64,000 nt of DNA, taken from assembly GCA_038061795.1 (NCBI GenBank), contig JBBTYL010000003.1, forward strand, positions 192,041 through 256,040, given 5' to 3'. Position 1 is the stretch's first letter; each line of letters starts with the position of its first letter. This document shows positions 19,356-28,894 of this stretch, piece by piece. The translations under genes were made by a program, and so were the position numbers. Origin of the DNA: Patescibacteria group bacterium (GTDB taxonomy: Bacteria; Patescibacteriota; Minisyncoccia; Phycocordibacterales; PALSA-1337). A model generated the notes under the pieces. That model saw only the letters and a program-made list of their open reading frames with translations, ran no database searches and had not been told where the DNA came from.

Positions 19356-21074
19356 TTAAAGCTTGTTAACTTCTTCGAACGGTATCTTCTTCTCGAAAGC
19401 CTTTATCATCGCATCCTCCTTCATTGTGATCACGCCTTTCTGTCGCAGAAGATTGTTGATATCGATTTCGTTCGCGCCCTTTAGGATGATGCTCTCGATT
19501 TCCTTATCCATCCTGAAGGCTTCGAACACGGCCATGCGTCCTCGCGTTCCCTTCGGATTTTCTGCCGTCGGAGCAATGCCATAAACCGTGTCTGAGAACG
19601 GAATATCCTTCTTGAACTGATCTGGGAGATCCTCAAACTGCTTGTCGACCATCATCTTGATGCTGCCCTCGACAGGTATCGGCTTGCCGCCTCCGCCCTC
19701 AGGAAAAGTGCCGACGAGGCGCTGAGCGATGGCAAGGATCAAAGTGGGAGCAATGAGGTAAGGATCAACGCCCATGTCTATGAGGCGCGGGATAACACCG
19801 GCTGAGTTATTGGTGTGGAGCGTCGAGAACACGAGGTGACCGGTAAGAGCCGCCTGCACCGCAAGCTGCGCCGTCTCCTTGTCTCGGATCTCACCCACCA
19901 TGATGATGTCTGGATCCTGTCGCAATGTGGTTCGAAGTCCGGATGCGAATGTGTAGCCGATTTCGGGATGAACCTGCGACTGGCTGACGCCGTCCATGTT
20001 GTATTCGATCGGATCTTCAAGAGAAAGCACGTTGAAGCTCTCGCGATCGACTTCATTGAGCATCGAATAAAGCGTCGTGGACTTTCCGGATCCTGTGGGA
20101 CCAGTAATGAGGATAAGGCCGTATGGCCGTGCGATGGCCTCTTTCACGAGATCGAGGTTTTTCTTCGTAAGACCCATTTCATCGAGCTTCTTTACGCCCT
20201 TTTCCTGGTCCAAGATTCGCATCACCACCTTTTCGCCGTAATATGCCGGGAATGTTGAGACTCGGAAGTCTATCTTTCGTCCGTCGATACGCGCAGAAAA
20301 TCGCCCGTCTTGAGGCTTTCGTTTTTCATCAAGCTTCATATTGCAGAGCACTTTGATGCGGGCGACTACGGCGCTGTGTACTTGCGGCGGAAGCACTAGA
20401 CTGGTATTGAGAATGCCGTCCACACGGAATCTGACTCGCACCTTGTCGCGCATATGCTCGATATGCACATCGGAAGCGTTTCCCTCCGTGGCATATCGGA
20501 CAACGGTCGCCACGATCTTGACCACCGGGGCATCCTCGATGATGATCGCCTCGGAATTCTCTTCCGTCTTGCTCTGCTTGAGATCAATGGATCCCTCGAC
20601 ATCGACCGAAAGGACCGATTCAAGCTCCGTAAGAGCCTTCGAAACCTCCCCGCTGATGCCTTTGTAGGATTCGATGACTTTCTGATAGTCGTCAGTCGTG
20701 ATAAGGAAAACCTTGTATGGAATATTGTTTTTTGCCGCGATGAAATTGAGCGCATCTCGCGCCTCGATATTGTCCGGATCGACGAGACCGACTTCTAGAG
20801 CCCCTTCCTTGATGCCAATCGGCACGAATTTGTAGTGGACAGCTGATTCCTCTGGAATATAATCAAGAACCTCGAAAGGCACGGTGACGCTTGCCAAGCT
20901 CCTTACAGGAATATCGAGGGATTCCCCTTGCGCAGCGAGAATATCCTCGGATTTCACGCCTCGCTCTATCAAGACTTTATCAATGGGTTCTCCGTCAGAC
21001 ATTTTCTGCCGAATCTCCTTAATATCATCTTTTGATATAAGATTTTTGCTTAAAAGGATGTCGATTACGCTCAT
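19356..21074 (-). CDS. pilB: type IV pilus assembly ATPase PilB (GspE family)
   Basis: 572 aa. Has an N-terminal GSPII-like domain, Walker A GPTGSGKSTT, VGEIRD, and His box STLHTN. Confidence 0.9.
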   Translation of the reverse strand: MSVIDILLSKNLISKDDIKEIRQKMSDGEPIDKVLIERGVKSEDILAAQGESLDIPVRSLASVTVPFEVLDYIPEESAVHYKFVPIGIKEGALEVGLVDPDNIEARDALNFIAAKNNIPYKVFLITTDDYQKVIESYKGISGEVSKALTELESVLSVDVEGSIDLKQSKTEENSEAIIIEDAPVVKIVATVVRYATEGNASDVHIEHMRDKVRVRFRVDGILNTSLVLPPQVHSAVVARIKVLCNMKLDEKRKPQDGRFSARIDGRKIDFRVSTFPAYYGEKVVMRILDQEKGVKKLDEMGLTKKNLDLVKEAIARPYGLILITGPTGSGKSTTLYSMLNEVDRESFNVLSLEDPIEYNMDGVSQSQVHPEIGYTFASGLRTTLRQDPDIIMVGEIRDKETAQLAVQAALTGHLVFSTLHTNNSAGVIPRLIDMGVDPYLIAPTLILAIAQRLVGTFPEGGGGKPIPVEGSIKMMVDKQFEDLPDQFKKDIPFSDTVYGIAPTAENPKGTRGRMAVFEAFRMDKEIESIILKGANEIDINNLLRQKGVITMKEDAMIKAFEKKIPFEEVNKL

Positions 21075-21086
21075 GGTTTATATTCT

Positions 21087-21452
21087 CTAATTGCCCGTGG
21101 ATGGAAGCCTGACCGAAGAGTTCTGCGGCGCAGAGCCTGAGATTGGAGCGAATGGGTTCGATCGTCCGACATTCTGCTCTGGAATCGTTATGGTGTAGTC
21201 GACGAGGCTATTGTAGACGGCGCTATCGAAGATAGAAGCGTCTATCTTGAGCGAGTTGATCTGATTGAGAAGAGACAGCACCCGCGTTCCGACTGCTTGA
21301 GCATCTATAGAAGTAGGGCTGTCCTGCGCCTCAAGAGATGATGTAGAAGAAGAATCCGGCGTTCCCTTGAAATAGAAATAGGCTCCAAGCGCGAGGATTA
21401 TGATGATTGCGACTATGAAGAATGTTTTCTTTGATGATTGCTGTTTTTGCAT
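21087..21452 (-). CDS. single-pass membrane protein of the pilus operon (function unknown)
   Basis: 121 aa. One N-terminal TM helix followed by a Ser/Thr-rich linker. The call rests on operon context only. Confidence 0.4.
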   Translation of the reverse strand: MQKQQSSKKTFFIVAIIIILALGAYFYFKGTPDSSSTSSLEAQDSPTSIDAQAVGTRVLSLLNQINSLKIDASIFDSAVYNSLVDYTITIPEQNVGRSNPFAPISGSAPQNSSVRLPSTGN

Positions 21453-21459
21453 GATGGTT

Positions 21460-22020
21460 TTATTGCTTAAGCCAATACGTCTTAATCTCTACGCCATACT
21501 CGTAAATTCCCGTATCGCTGACGTTCAGCGTAATCCTCGATATGTCCATGATGCGCAAGCTTGCCTCGAGATCCTTCAAGAAATCGATGAAAGTCTGATA
21601 GTTCGTATTTACATTGAAAGAAAGCGTAACCGTGTCATAGGAATTCGGAACGCTTGCCGTTCCGCGGCCGACGGGTGCCGGAGTCGTGATATTCGCATTC
21701 GTCGCGCTCGTCTTCACGTTCTTGATCGCCAAGCCATGACGCGCGGCGACTCCATTTGCATCGATGATAAGGCGTACGTTATCTACATTATCCGGAAGCA
21801 TCTTCTCCAAGCGTTCCCTGTCATCGGCGCTGATATCGTTATACGTCTTAAGAACGCTGTCTCTGACTTTGACCAGCCTCTCGGAATTATTCAAGGCCTG
21901 CTGGTATTGCAAATTTACCTCTTTGATTGCGCTCAGATCATTGAGCTTCGTGCGAGTAAAGGTGAAATAAATGCCGAGCGCAAGGATTATGAGAATGATT
22001 GGCGTTACGTTCTTATTCAT
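21460..22020 (-). CDS. PilO-like pilus assembly protein
   Basis: 186 aa. N-terminal TM helix, coiled-coil and a C-terminal alpha/beta region, positioned after pilM/N-like genes. Confidence 0.5.
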   Translation of the reverse strand: MNKNVTPIILIILALGIYFTFTRTKLNDLSAIKEVNLQYQQALNNSERLVKVRDSVLKTYNDISADDRERLEKMLPDNVDNVRLIIDANGVAARHGLAIKNVKTSATNANITTPAPVGRGTASVPNSYDTVTLSFNVNTNYQTFIDFLKDLEASLRIMDISRITLNVSDTGIYEYGVEIKTYWLKQ

Positions 22021-22025
22021 ATGTG

Positions 22026-22667
22026 TTATGGGGTTGTTTCGTTAGACTCATCTGAAGTCAGGATCTTTTCGTACAGGACGTCTCCAGGGTTTATTATCGT
22101 GCTGAACGTGAAGCCGACATTTCCATTCGCGTCAAGAGCGAGATCTGAAAGCACCGGATTCTTGAGAATCTTGTTCGTTCCGTATTTCTGGGATTGTCCG
22201 AAAACATCGGATTGGAAAGCAATGGCGCTGAAGCTGTTGCCGACGCCCCGCATAGAAATCTTGATGCCTTCGCTATCCTTTGCTGGAGCGACGAATTCGA
22301 AGCTTGTAAAACGGATGCCCTCTATGGTGAGGCGGCTTATTATGGAAAAGAGTTCAGAGACTGCAAGATGGCCCTTCAGAAGCTGCTTGCTCAAATCAAT
22401 CTTGGTATTGGCCTTCTTGAGCTCTTCGATGAGAGAAAGGTTGAATCTTTTTTCGCTTTCTGCGAGCTGCACCTTGTAATTTTCCTGCGATTTGTTGAGA
22501 ACATTCTTCCAAAGAACGGAAAACACCGCGCCGGCGATCGAAGCGACGAAAAGTATGATTGCGACAAACATGAAAATGCTCGTGCCAGCGCTGCGATTGC
22601 TGCTCATCTTTTGATCAGAGACAAGGGGCTTCTTTGGGATGAACGATGTTTGGAATTTTGTTTCCAT
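22026..22667 (-). CDS. PilN-like pilus assembly protein
   Basis: 213 aa. Short cytoplasmic N-terminus and one TM helix, located immediately downstream of pilM. Confidence 0.45.
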   Translation of the reverse strand: METKFQTSFIPKKPLVSDQKMSSNRSAGTSIFMFVAIILFVASIAGAVFSVLWKNVLNKSQENYKVQLAESEKRFNLSLIEELKKANTKIDLSKQLLKGHLAVSELFSIISRLTIEGIRFTSFEFVAPAKDSEGIKISMRGVGNSFSAIAFQSDVFGQSQKYGTNKILKNPVLSDLALDANGNVGFTFSTIINPGDVLYEKILTSDESNETTP

Positions 22668-22699
22668 TTATTTTAAAATATCATTTGAATTATAGTTCA

Positions 22700-23815
22700 T
22701 TACTCCAATTCAGACAACCGGCGTAATGCACAGCCGATGGCGACCGCGAACTCCGGACCAGCCTGCGCAAACTGCTCGGCAAGAAAGGCCGGGGTCTCGA
22801 GCTTGCCGAATGGATCTGCGTAGACTATCTCTGTCTGGAAGCTTATCTTTGCCAAATCAGTGAAGCCCTTGAGCAACACTCCTCCTCCTGTCAGGATGAC
22901 TTTGCTGATGTTCTTCATGTATTTCTTCTGGTAGTTGAGAAGAGCGGCATTTGACTCGTAAAAAATATAATCAAGGTTAACCGTGATTATTTCAGTGAGC
23001 TCCTTGTACTCCGGACCGCCTTTGAGGCCGAAAGACCGCTTCATGTTCTCGGCTTCATTGACGCTGACGCTCAATGATTTCGATATCGCAAGCGTGATAT
23101 CCTGCGCGCCTCTGTTGATAATATGCGACGCACGAAGAATCCCCCTCTCGATGATGTATAGCTTGGTCGCCCGGGCTCCCATGTCGATAATCATGACCGC
23201 CTGGATTCCCTGCTCGACAACCGCGCGGACCGAGCTGAAAATCTCGATCTCGTAAAAGCCTGGCTGGACTCCCGACTTCGCGGTGATTGCCTGATAGTTG
23301 TTTATGTATTCGTTGTGGATAGCGACAACAAGCACGTCCTGGACCTGCTTCTCGACCTGCTTTCCCTGAGTTTCATCGTCGTTTGCAAACGTGTCTTCGC
23401 GCGGAACTAGAGAATAATCAAGCATGACCTCGCTCATAGGAACCGGAATGTATTTTCTCGCCTCAAGAGCAATGACTTCCGGCAATTGCTTCTCTGGGAC
23501 TGGCGGAACGCTTATGAAAGTAATGAGGCTCGAAGAAAGCGGCAAAGCTATGCCGGAAGCCAGAGTCGTCGTCTTTGCTTCTCGCAAGATATCCTTAAGC
23601 GCCTCGACTATCTTGTCATTAGGAAGGTTCGTCGATCTTCCGACCTCTATTCCGGCATAAGGGCCGAGGGCAAGTTCTCCATACGTTTCTAGCACGGCAC
23701 GGCCCCTTTTCTTCTTCACCTGCACTATCTTGATTGCGGAAGATCCTATATCGATTCCGAGCACGCTCTCGCTCTGCTTGGAAAAAAGAGATGATATAAT
23801 AGCCGAAAAATTCAT
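22700..23815 (-). CDS. pilM: type IV pilus assembly protein PilM (actin-like ATPase)
   Basis: Contains VLGIDIGSSAIKIV... and IIDMGARATKL, which are actin-fold phosphate motifs. The ORF track extends to 23953, but the likely start is MNFSAII at 23815. Confidence 0.8.
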   Translation of the reverse strand: MNFSAIISSLFSKQSESVLGIDIGSSAIKIVQVKKKRGRAVLETYGELALGPYAGIEVGRSTNLPNDKIVEALKDILREAKTTTLASGIALPLSSSLITFISVPPVPEKQLPEVIALEARKYIPVPMSEVMLDYSLVPREDTFANDDETQGKQVEKQVQDVLVVAIHNEYINNYQAITAKSGVQPGFYEIEIFSSVRAVVEQGIQAVMIIDMGARATKLYIIERGILRASHIINRGAQDITLAISKSLSVSVNEAENMKRSFGLKGGPEYKELTEIITVNLDYIFYESNAALLNYQKKYMKNISKVILTGGGVLLKGFTDLAKISFQTEIVYADPFGKLETPAFLAEQFAQAGPEFAVAIGCALRRLSELE

Positions 23816-24419
23816 GCAGATATTATACCATATCATTGATTTCATATTCCCTCCCCCGCCAGAGGAGCTCAAGCTTCGGGAAATTTCTCCTGAACGGTTT
23901 CTGAATGACTCCGCAAAAGCAGATCCGGCAGAATTTCCATTCATTAAAAGCATCTTTTCCTATAAGGATCCTCTCGTCAAGGAACTGGTCTGGCAGATAA
24001 AATACAAGAAAAATAAGAAAGCGGTGGAAATCGCCAGCCATGCGCTTTTTCACAACCTTAAATGGCCTGCTCTCCTGATTCCGATACCGATTTCAAAAAA
24101 ACGAAGGAAGGAGCGCGGATACAACCAATGCGAGCTTTTAATCGAAGAAATTCTGGAGCTAGATGTTGAAAACAAATTTGAAAAAGACTTTGATTTGCTC
24201 ATTCGTTCAAAGCATATTGAAAAGCAAACTCATAAAAAACGAAACGAGAGGCTGGAAAATACTAAAAATATTTTTGAAGTTACAAAAAAGGAAAATCTAG
24301 TCCAGAAAATCATTATTATCGATGATGTCTCGACGACTGGCAGCACGCTAAAAGAAGCCCGTGATGAGCTTCTTTCTGCTGGATATTCTGATGTTACTGC
24401 GCTGACGGTGGCACACTAG
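23814..24419 (+). CDS. comF: ComF family phosphoribosyltransferase-like protein
   Basis: C-terminal IIIIDDVSTTGSTLKEA is a PRTase motif. The likely start is MQILYHI at 23814; the track ORF starts at 23730. Confidence 0.75.
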   Translation: MQILYHIIDFIFPPPPEELKLREISPERFLNDSAKADPAEFPFIKSIFSYKDPLVKELVWQIKYKKNKKAVEIASHALFHNLKWPALLIPIPISKKRRKERGYNQCELLIEEILELDVENKFEKDFDLLIRSKHIEKQTHKKRNERLENTKNIFEVTKKENLVQKIIIIDDVSTTGSTLKEARDELLSAGYSDVTALTVAH

Positions 24420-24442
24420 GCGTCGAAGATATTGAGGCTACT

Positions 24443-25096
24443 TTACTGCCCCCCAACTTCTGTCTTTACGAAAAGCTTTGTAAACCATCCAAAAACGCTG
24501 AATGTGCTTTCGTGTGCCTCGACATATGCTTCGAGCGTTGCCTGCTGTTCTTCAAGAGCGTCTATCTCTACATTAAGCTCTGCCCATGCAGCGGCTGTCG
24601 TTGTCTTATCAAGAAGACTCTCAAGCTTTTCGATATTATTCTTTGTCTTCTGGGCTTCGCTTCGGATAACGCCAAGATTCCTATAGTCATCGCCGATAAG
24701 AAATTTTTTGAATGATCCTCTGTTTTCAACCTTGACCATGGCTGACGCTGATGTCGAAGCAGAATCATTCTGTGCACGAGCGACTTCCCTAACTTCTGCA
24801 CCAATGCCCTTTTCCCTATCTGCAATGCTTAGGAGGGATTTAACGAATGTTGAAACTTCACTGCCCCGCTGCTCCGTTGTCATCGCATTGTCCTTTTTCG
24901 TTGAACTTGCCGCAACGTCCGCCTTTATTTTTGCAGCTGAAGACGCCTGAGTGCCTTTGTCTGATTTGACTTCTGCATTCGACTCAACCTTAAGGTCAAC
25001 ACCGCCGAGAAGAGCGAGAGAGGATGCTTGCGCTTGTATTGCAACAAAAGCTGAAGCAAAAATCGTTAAAGCTAGGATTTTTGAAATATTCTTCAT
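24443..25096 (-). CDS. secreted hypothetical protein
   Basis: 217 aa. Signal peptide MKNISKILALTIFASAFVAIQAQA, then an Ala/Ser/Lys-rich and coiled-coil region. Confidence 0.55.
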   Translation of the reverse strand: MKNISKILALTIFASAFVAIQAQASSLALLGGVDLKVESNAEVKSDKGTQASSAAKIKADVAASSTKKDNAMTTEQRGSEVSTFVKSLLSIADREKGIGAEVREVARAQNDSASTSASAMVKVENRGSFKKFLIGDDYRNLGVIRSEAQKTKNNIEKLESLLDKTTTAAAWAELNVEIDALEEQQATLEAYVEAHESTFSVFGWFTKLFVKTEVGGQ

Positions 25097-25204
25097 GATA
25101 TATACATTATTTGCTTATAATTAGTCCGACTACTGAAACTACATTATATCATGACGGCTCAATGGAGATTAAATTACCTGGGAATTTGCGCTATAATTAA
25201 CAAC

Positions 25205-26026
25205 ATGAAAAAGAAGATTACAGTCTTTGCCCTGATACTTGTCCTGGGCCCGATCGTCAGCTACACGCTACTTGTGTTTCTTGTCCAACCCTCGAACGAT
25301 AGGAATTGGTCTACTGATCAGGCAGTTCTTCCTTCTGCAATCGTGAAAAACAACCTCGTTTCAATCAAGAATATCAGGAACTTTTCGTACACTTCGACAT
25401 CTACGTACACAACAAACTACTACGACAAGACTTTTGACTTGAACAAGCTGAAGAAAGTCTGGTATGTTGTCGAGCCCTTCTCTGGATACGTGGGTGCGGC
25501 TCATACTTTTCTTTCATTTGAATTCGAAGGAGATCAATTCGTTTCTATTTCAGTCGAGATTCGAAAGGAAAAGGGAGAATCTTTCTCCGCCTTCAAGGGC
25601 CTCATGCGCCAATACGAGCTCATGTACGTCATTGCTGACGAGCGCGACGTGGTGAAGCTCCGTTCGAATTACCGGAAAGATCTCGTGTATGTTTATCCTG
25701 TAAAAGCTGACAAAGAAAAATCTCAGACCTTGTTTCTCGACATGATCGCGCGGACGAACAAACTTAAAGATGAGCCTGAATTTTATAACACTCTCACAAG
25801 CACCTGCACGACGAATATCGTCGATCATGTGAATAAGATAACTCCGGAGCGCGTTCCTTTCGGCTTTGAGATTCTCTTCCCTGCGGATTCAGATAAACTC
25901 GCTCTTGAAATCGGACTCATCGATACGGACCTTTCTCTCGAGAAGGCACGGGAGAAATACCTGATAAATGAGAAGGCGGAAAAATACGCCAACGACCCTA
26001 AGTTTTCGGTTAGGATTAGAGAATAA
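25205..26026 (+). CDS. DUF4105 (Lnb N-terminal-like) membrane-anchored protein
   Basis: N-terminal TM helix followed by SNDRNWS...HTFLSFEF...YNTLTSTCTTNI, as recalled for DUF4105. The likely start is 25205; the track ORF starts at 25151. Confidence 0.6.
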   Translation: MKKKITVFALILVLGPIVSYTLLVFLVQPSNDRNWSTDQAVLPSAIVKNNLVSIKNIRNFSYTSTSTYTTNYYDKTFDLNKLKKVWYVVEPFSGYVGAAHTFLSFEFEGDQFVSISVEIRKEKGESFSAFKGLMRQYELMYVIADERDVVKLRSNYRKDLVYVYPVKADKEKSQTLFLDMIARTNKLKDEPEFYNTLTSTCTTNIVDHVNKITPERVPFGFEILFPADSDKLALEIGLIDTDLSLEKAREKYLINEKAEKYANDPKFSVRIRE

Positions 26027-26048
26027 ATTGCCACACCGTTGCGGAAAC

Positions 26049-26140
26049 GTCTCGAGTTAGAACCTTTTGGTTCATTGCATCATAAGGCTTTTGGGACACT
26101 TTTGTGATATCACATCGACGCGTATCGAGCGGGTCAAAAA
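26049..26140. repeat. boundary repeat X, copy 1
   Basis: About 92 bp and about 90% identical by eye to 27378-27470. Preceded at 26037-26048 by gttgcggaaac, which resembles the tRNA-Ser 3' end (gttggcggaaac at 47578-47590). Confidence 0.8.
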
Positions 26141-26165
26141 TCATAGTTTTACTGATCTGATAAAG

Positions 26166-27311
26166 CTATTTCTTTGGCCATTTTAATCTTCCTTTATTGT
26201 CAAAAATTGGATGTGCAAAATCACCAGTACCTTTTTCTAAACCTTTCATCTCTTCAGATAATTCTTTTAGGGGCATTATTGATATAGCAGCTAACAACCC
26301 CTTTTTTCTCTCTTCCGTAGGAAGGCCATGGTTTTTTGATGCTTTAAATGACCCCCAGGATTCATCCCACATTTGGTCCCCTCCAGCCTTAAATCCAAAG
26401 ACTGCATCATCAAGAATTAAGGCGACTTCGTATTGCCTAGATTCTGTCATCATTTCACTATCTTGCAAATATGTAAGCGCATTAACGATTTCCCTGAGTG
26501 CTCCTTTTTCTTTTATATACTCGGGATTATTTTTAAGTTTGAAAAAAATATTTATATTACTGCGCCCAAATCTAAGTTCCTCAACTAAATTAAGTAGATA
26601 TTGATTGAGTCTTTCTTTTTCTTCATCATTAAGAATAATAGACGGATGACGCTCGGAAAAATTATCTATGAAATCTGATGCCTTATCCCAAATGAAACTA
26701 CCTTGCTTATCCTTTATATAATTCTGAAATTCATTCTTTATATCTTTTACCATGGAACTACCTACAATTTCCGTGACGCCCTTTTCTAATGTATCAAACT
26801 CAACATTATCTCTAAATGGATAATGACGCATTCGATTTATCACCTCCAAAAAACTATCTCTAATCTTTTCAAGTTTAGCGTCTTTACCTTCGTCCTTATG
26901 TTCATGTTCGACACTCTTAATAATTGATAACAAATTATCTGCCACACCCACTGAAACACCGCTTATATTTACCCAATTTGTCTTATCTATCCCCCATCTC
27001 GCCCAGTTTTTGAAATCAACAAAAGGTCTTCCGTCGGATTGGCCATGTAATATAACTTGACCGTCAAATTCACCGGTCTCAAGGATTCTTTTGTATTCTT
27101 CTAGATTTACATATCTTACTGAAAAATCTCTGAATTCTGGATTTTCTATCTTGGATAATTTCCAATAGGCTACTGATTCAGAATATTCAATCTCTTCAGG
27201 TGAAGATGATTTCATATCTTCAACCTGCAAAACGGGATCTTTGTATACAAGTTTTTTAAAATCTTCCATGTTTATAATTATAACATCTAAACTAACACCT
27301 GAAATACTCAA
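26166..27311 (-). CDS. hypothetical protein (AT-rich orphan bracketed by the X repeats)
   Basis: 381 aa in the track. The likely start is MEDFKKL at 27269. No recognisable motifs. Confidence 0.55.
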   Translation of the reverse strand: MSISGVSLDVIIINMEDFKKLVYKDPVLQVEDMKSSSPEEIEYSESVAYWKLSKIENPEFRDFSVRYVNLEEYKRILETGEFDGQVILHGQSDGRPFVDFKNWARWGIDKTNWVNISGVSVGVADNLLSIIKSVEHEHKDEGKDAKLEKIRDSFLEVINRMRHYPFRDNVEFDTLEKGVTEIVGSSMVKDIKNEFQNYIKDKQGSFIWDKASDFIDNFSERHPSIILNDEEKERLNQYLLNLVEELRFGRSNINIFFKLKNNPEYIKEKGALREIVNALTYLQDSEMMTESRQYEVALILDDAVFGFKAGGDQMWDESWGSFKASKNHGLPTEERKKGLLAAISIMPLKELSEEMKGLEKGTGDFAHPIFDNKGRLKWPKK

Positions 27312-27325
27312 CCACTTCTATACCT

Positions 27326-27377
27326 CTCAAGTGCTCGACTACCCCTGGGTACTCGAGCTAGCTCCTGTTGGCGGGGT
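27326..27377. repeat. copy of the tRNA-Ser 3' flank (candidate att remnant)
   Basis: ctcaagtgctcgactacccctgggtactcgagctagctcctgttggcgg aligns with ctcgagcgctcgactgcctcttgacactcgagctaactcgtgttggcgg at 47538-47586, with about 9 mismatches. Confidence 0.7.
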
Positions 27378-27470
27378 GTCTCGAGTTAGAACCTTTTGAT
27401 TCATTGCACCATAAGGCTTTTGGGACACTTTTCATAATATCACATCGACGCGTCTCGAGCAGACCAAAAA
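27378..27470. repeat. boundary repeat X, copy 2
   Basis: Direct repeat of 26049-26140. Confidence 0.8.
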
Positions 27471-27528
27471 GTGACAAAAGTGACACAGGATTGAGTATTA
27501 AAGTTACACGCAACTGTAACTATTGCTT

Positions 27529-27723
27529 TTAAGTTGGTTCTTTATCAACTAAAGTTCCACAACCCTTCTTGCATGCGTACTTGCCGTTATCATTCCCATA
27601 ATTTTCTTCCAATTTCCACCATCCCTCAGAATGATCGCAACAAATTTCACACGGCTTCATGTGATTCTCATCATACATATAGTTGCCTGTCCCCTTGCAT
27701 TTTTCACATTGTTTCTCGGCCAT
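27529..27723 (-). CDS. small Cys-rich zinc-ribbon-like protein
   Basis: 64 aa. Contains CEKCKGTG (a DnaJ-like CxxCxGxG), CEICC and CKKGC. Lies 53 nt downstream of the RT. Confidence 0.45.
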   Translation of the reverse strand: MAEKQCEKCKGTGNYMYDENHMKPCEICCDHSEGWWKLEENYGNDNGKYACKKGCGTLVDKEPT

Positions 27724-27776
27724 ACACGTATTTTTTCATAAAAAGGGATTTTAGTAAACTTCTGCATTATGCACCT

Positions 27777-28775
27777 TTAAGGCGAAGGTGATGAAGGGAT
27801 CAGCCCCACGATCTTGTTTTTTAATTTTTGAGCATTTCCATGATTCATCATACCTATATACGACTGCAAAGTTGTTGACGAGGGGCTCTTCTTTATAGTC
27901 CTTATCATTCTTTTCTTTGTTGCTGTTCGCAAAACCCTATGATCAGAAAAGTGCACCCAGCCCAGGAAATCCACTCCAGAAGAAAATGTCTTGATAAAGA
28001 CCTTATTAGGGTGAAGATCTAGAGCTAATTTTGATTTTAGAAAAAGATTAATTTTTGGAAGCAAATCGAGAAGATAGTTTTTATCCTCACTCATTATCAC
28101 GAAATCATCAGCATATCGAATGTAATGTTTTGCTTTCAGCACATGCTTTACATATTGATCAAATTCATTCATGTACACGTTTACAAGAAGCTGAGAGGTT
28201 AGGTTTCCTAGGGGCAATCCTTTCCCTTGTCCTGTACTTTGGAAACTTTCAACTATATTCTGAATAAGCCCTACAATAGAGACATCAGAAATATGTCTTT
28301 TAACAATAATCATGAGTATAGAGTGATCAATTGAGGCAAAAAACTTTTTAATATCGCATTTCAATACCCAGCAGGTTCGGTGGTTGTTCCGTGACACTTT
28401 ATAATAAAAATCAGTGAACCGATCAAGCGCCTTGTGGGTTCCTTTGAGATATCTACAGGAGTAGGAATCATAAATGAATTTAGTATCGAAATACGGATAC
28501 AAGACCCTATAAATAGCATGATGTAATAATCTGTCCTGAACCGTAGCCTTATGAATACTTCTGGGCTTGGGGTCACTGATAGAAAACGCTCGATACTCTC
28601 CATGGCAATATGTTTGGTTTTTTAATTCTTCATGAAGCCTAAAAATGTTACGTGAGAGATGTAGTGCGAAATCTGCCACGTCTTTTTTATATTTCTTACC
28701 ACAAACAAACTCCATCCATGCAGCATAGAGATTTTCCAAAGATATGATATGGTTGTAATCCATTATTATTTTCAT
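27777..28775 (-). CDS. DGR reverse transcriptase
   Basis: Has RT motifs including IRYADDFVIM (YADD) and the DGR-specific LPLGNLTSQ (I/LGxxxSQ). The track ORF extends to 28883, but that part is antisense to avd. The likely start is MKIIMDYNH at 28775, preceded by AGGTG. Confidence 0.9.
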   Translation of the reverse strand: MKIIMDYNHIISLENLYAAWMEFVCGKKYKKDVADFALHLSRNIFRLHEELKNQTYCHGEYRAFSISDPKPRSIHKATVQDRLLHHAIYRVLYPYFDTKFIYDSYSCRYLKGTHKALDRFTDFYYKVSRNNHRTCWVLKCDIKKFFASIDHSILMIIVKRHISDVSIVGLIQNIVESFQSTGQGKGLPLGNLTSQLLVNVYMNEFDQYVKHVLKAKHYIRYADDFVIMSEDKNYLLDLLPKINLFLKSKLALDLHPNKVFIKTFSSGVDFLGWVHFSDHRVLRTATKKRMIRTIKKSPSSTTLQSYIGMMNHGNAQKLKNKIVGLIPSSPSP

Positions 28776-28797
28776 TTCATTCAAACACCTATGATGA

Positions 28798-28808
28798 CCC
28801 CCCCCCCC
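28798..28808. repeat. C11/G11 homopolymer tract
   Basis: Eleven consecutive C residues on the + strand, directly after ATGATGA at 28791-28797. Confidence 0.95.
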
Positions 28809-28894
28809 GCACGGTTCCAGGCGTAATTTTAAAGGAAAAAGAAGCATATCAGTTCTGGTTAGTACTTCATAGGAATTTTCCACGGGTTGAAAGG

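Noticed and set aside
21400-22479. 359-aa + strand ORF antisense to the pilO/pilN-like genes. Similar long antisense ORFs occur at 13715-14536, 17743-18393, 62233-63060 and 579-1151.
   Set aside because: Each lies entirely opposite a gene with clear family motifs (TraD-like ATPase, PilT, FtsH, AsnB). Their translations are low-complexity or Arg/Ser-rich with no motifs, so they are classic shadow ORFs.
26049-27470. Repeat X as a tRNA or tRNA-like gene. Its end resembles a tRNA 3' end, and it contains ...gagttagaacc, which is similar to the T-arm complement ggattcgaacc.
   Set aside because: I could not fold either copy into a cloverleaf. There is no complementary 5' acceptor strand and no proper T-stem. 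The pattern is better explained as element-end sequence fused to displaced tRNA 3' fragments.
27777-28883. The RT as a group II intron maturase or a retron RT.
   Set aside because: No intron domain V/VI-like RNA, maturase X or endonuclease domain, and no msr/msd-like inverted repeats are visible. The RT carries the DGR-type LGxxxSQ motif and sits beside a TR/VR pair with adenine-only mismatches. The 36 N-terminal codons of the track ORF are antisense to avd and unlikely to be real.
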